From the NCBI GenBank assembly GCA_964234715.1, contig OZ174290.1: DNA of 64,000 nt. The stretch is one strand, 5' to 3'. The translations under genes and the position numbers were made by a program. This document shows, piece by piece, positions 62,357 through 64,000 of the stretch (within the stretch, counting starts at the first letter, position 1; every line of letters starts with the position of its first letter). Source of the DNA: Podarcis melisellensis. Lineage: Eukaryota. The notes beneath the pieces were generated by a model, which was not told the DNA's origin, did no database searches, and was given only the letters and a program-made list of their open reading frames with translations.

Positions 62357-64000
62357 TTTTTTTTTCCAAATACATTTTTATTAACATTATATACATAACA
62401 AGCATACAAACAGATACAAACAAATACAAAAAAAAATTACAACAAGAAAAAAATAAAAATATACAAGCCAAACTTTTTTCCTCTCTCTAACTATACAAAG
62501 AGAGATTAATCCGGCTACTTCACAAAAAAGGAGGAAAAAGAAAACGAAAAAAAACCAACAAAAAAACAACAAAAAAACAAAAAACAAAAAAACCCCTCCT
62601 GGACTTCCTTCCATCCTTTTGGTAAGTATCAAATATTTACTTCCATTCACGTATTTGATTTTTGATCTGTAAACCTAAATTCACACGCTGGTAGTATTGT
62701 TCTGACCCCGCCAATCACATTAAACATTCATTCCAATGTAGTTCCAGTATTTACTCCAATTTTTCAGAGATTTCTGTTCATCATGGTCTCTTATTTTACC
62801 TGTTAATTTATCAAGCTCAGCATATTTTATCATTTTAATTTGCCAATCATTTATATTGGGGATAGTTTTCACTTTCCAATATTGTGCCAACAGAATTCTC
62901 GCTGCTGTGGTGGCATAGAGGAATATCGTTCTATCTTCTTTTTTGATCTCTTTATCCAACATTCCCAGCAAAAAGGCTTCGGGTCTTTTGGGGAAGGTGT
63001 ATTTAAATATTTTTTTAAGCTCATTGTAAATCAATTCCCAAAAGCCTTTCACCCTTTTACATGTCCACCATAGATGATATAGGTCACCCTCCACCTCCCC
63101 ACATTTCCAGCATTTCTTATCCTTTAATCTATACATTTTGGCCAACTTCACAGGGGTGTGATACCACCTGTATAGCATCTTCCAAATATTTTCTCTCAGG
63201 GACATACATGCTGTAAACTTTATGTTGCGGTTCCACACTTCTAACCACCTTTCAAAGTCGATGTTATAACCAAAATCAATTGCCCATTTGATCATTGCCT
63301 CTTTGACCTCCTCGTCCTTTGTGTACCACTCTAATAGTATATCATAGGTTCTAGATAGGGTTTTGTTTTTACCTTCTATTACTTCTACATTGAATTTTGA
63401 TTTTTTGTCCTCAAAACCCAACTTCTTCTTATCCTCTTTTAACAAATCATTCACCTGATGGTATTGCAACCACCCAGTGAATAGATTTTTTATCTCTTCA
63501 TAAGGTCTAAGTCTTGGCCCTTGATCTGTTTTTCTTAACATTTCTTCGTAGGTGGCGTTTTCCCCCTCCATATTTGTTTTCTTCACCGTTAATACCTCAA
63601 TCGGTGAGATCCACCATGGGGTCTTTCTTTCAAGGAGATTTTTATTCCTTTCCCATGTTTGGTATAAAGGTCCCCTGAAGATATGATTTAGAAAGCTCTT
63701 GTGAGCCTTCGCTTTCCCATACCAAAGGTACGAATGCCATCCGTACCAATTATTAAAACCTTCTAAATCCAGCAGGTCTCTATTCTCCAGTTTAATCCAA
63801 TCTTTTAACCAAAGTATACAGGCCGCTTCGTAATATAAACTTAGGTCCGGGAGAGAAAAACCCCCTCTTTCTTTTTTATCTATAAAAATTTTCATTTTTA
63901 TCCGTGGCCTTTTCCCCTGCCAGATATACTTTGCCAAAGCTCTCTGCCACTCTTTACATTGTTTCAGGTCTTTAAGTATGGGAATAGTCTGGAATAGAAA
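62357..64000 (-). mobile_element. L1-clade LINE, 3' portion, continues beyond the window
   Basis: Antisense poly(A) (T9 at 62357-62365) with AATAAA nearby (tttatt ~62376-62382); U-rich 3' UTR; open ORF2. Confidence 0.93.
62720..64000 (-). CDS. L1 ORF2p C-terminal part (post-RT region plus cysteine-rich CCHC domain), 5' partial
   Basis: Frame is open to the window edge: FLFQTIPILKDLKQCKEWQRALAKYIWQGKRPRIK...ERGGFSLPDLSLYYEAA...KCWKCGEVEGDLYHLWWTC...AFLLG; no stops over ~426 codons. Confidence 0.9.
   Translation of the reverse strand, partial: FLFQTIPILKDLKQCKEWQRALAKYIWQGKRPRIKMKIFIDKKERGGFSLPDLSLYYEAACILWLKDWIKLENRDLLDLEGFNNWYGWHSYLWYGKAKAHKSFLNHIFRGPLYQTWERNKNLLERKTPWWISPIEVLTVKKTNMEGENATYEEMLRKTDQGPRLRPYEEIKNLFTGWLQYHQVNDLLKEDKKKLGFEDKKSKFNVEVIEGKNKTLSRTYDILLEWYTKDEEVKEAMIKWAIDFGYNIDFERWLEVWNRNIKFTACMSLRENIWKMLYRWYHTPVKLAKMYRLKDKKCWKCGEVEGDLYHLWWTCKRVKGFWELIYNELKKIFKYTFPKRPEAFLLGMLDKEIKKEDRTIFLYATTAARILLAQYWKVKTIPNINDWQIKMIKYAELDKLTGKIRDHDEQKSLKNWSKYWNYIGMNV

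Noticed and set aside
1-64000. Assignment of a host gene
   Set aside because: No exon with recognisable host protein similarity; the remaining short ORFs are at chance length.

Overview
Eukaryotic (vertebrate) DNA. The repeat content (BovB/RTE, Sauria SINE with an ...GGTCAGGGGTCCCTTTACCTTTAC tail, CR1, L2, L1, Penelope-like remnant, TA-flanked Tc1/mariner-pogo MITEs, hAT MITEs) points to a squamate reptile, most likely a lacertid lizard (inference). No intact host protein-coding gene could be supported, so the window looks like a large intron or gene desert: transposable elements alternate with repeat-free, CpG-retaining blocks that resemble conserved non-coding enhancers. Recognisable coding-derived sequence is an intronless, frameshifted HMGN (HMG-14A type) retrocopy at 54339-54658, the open 3' part of an L1 ORF2 running off the right edge, and BovB, CR1, L2 and RTE-X-like ORF2 fragments. 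The most notable structures are: (1) a minimal hammerhead ribozyme inside a perfect 65-bp Penelope-type inverted repeat, abutted by a second perfect 21-bp foldback; (2) a diverged ~0.4 kb direct repeat with TALE/Hox-like motifs bracketing the HMGN retrocopy and a LINE; (3) a young CpG-rich MITE containing a 60-bp hairpin array; (4) two different LINEs inserted at the homologous site of one old CR1 tail family. Repeat family names come from recognition of consensus motifs, not database searches. Boundaries without TSD/TIR evidence are approximate.
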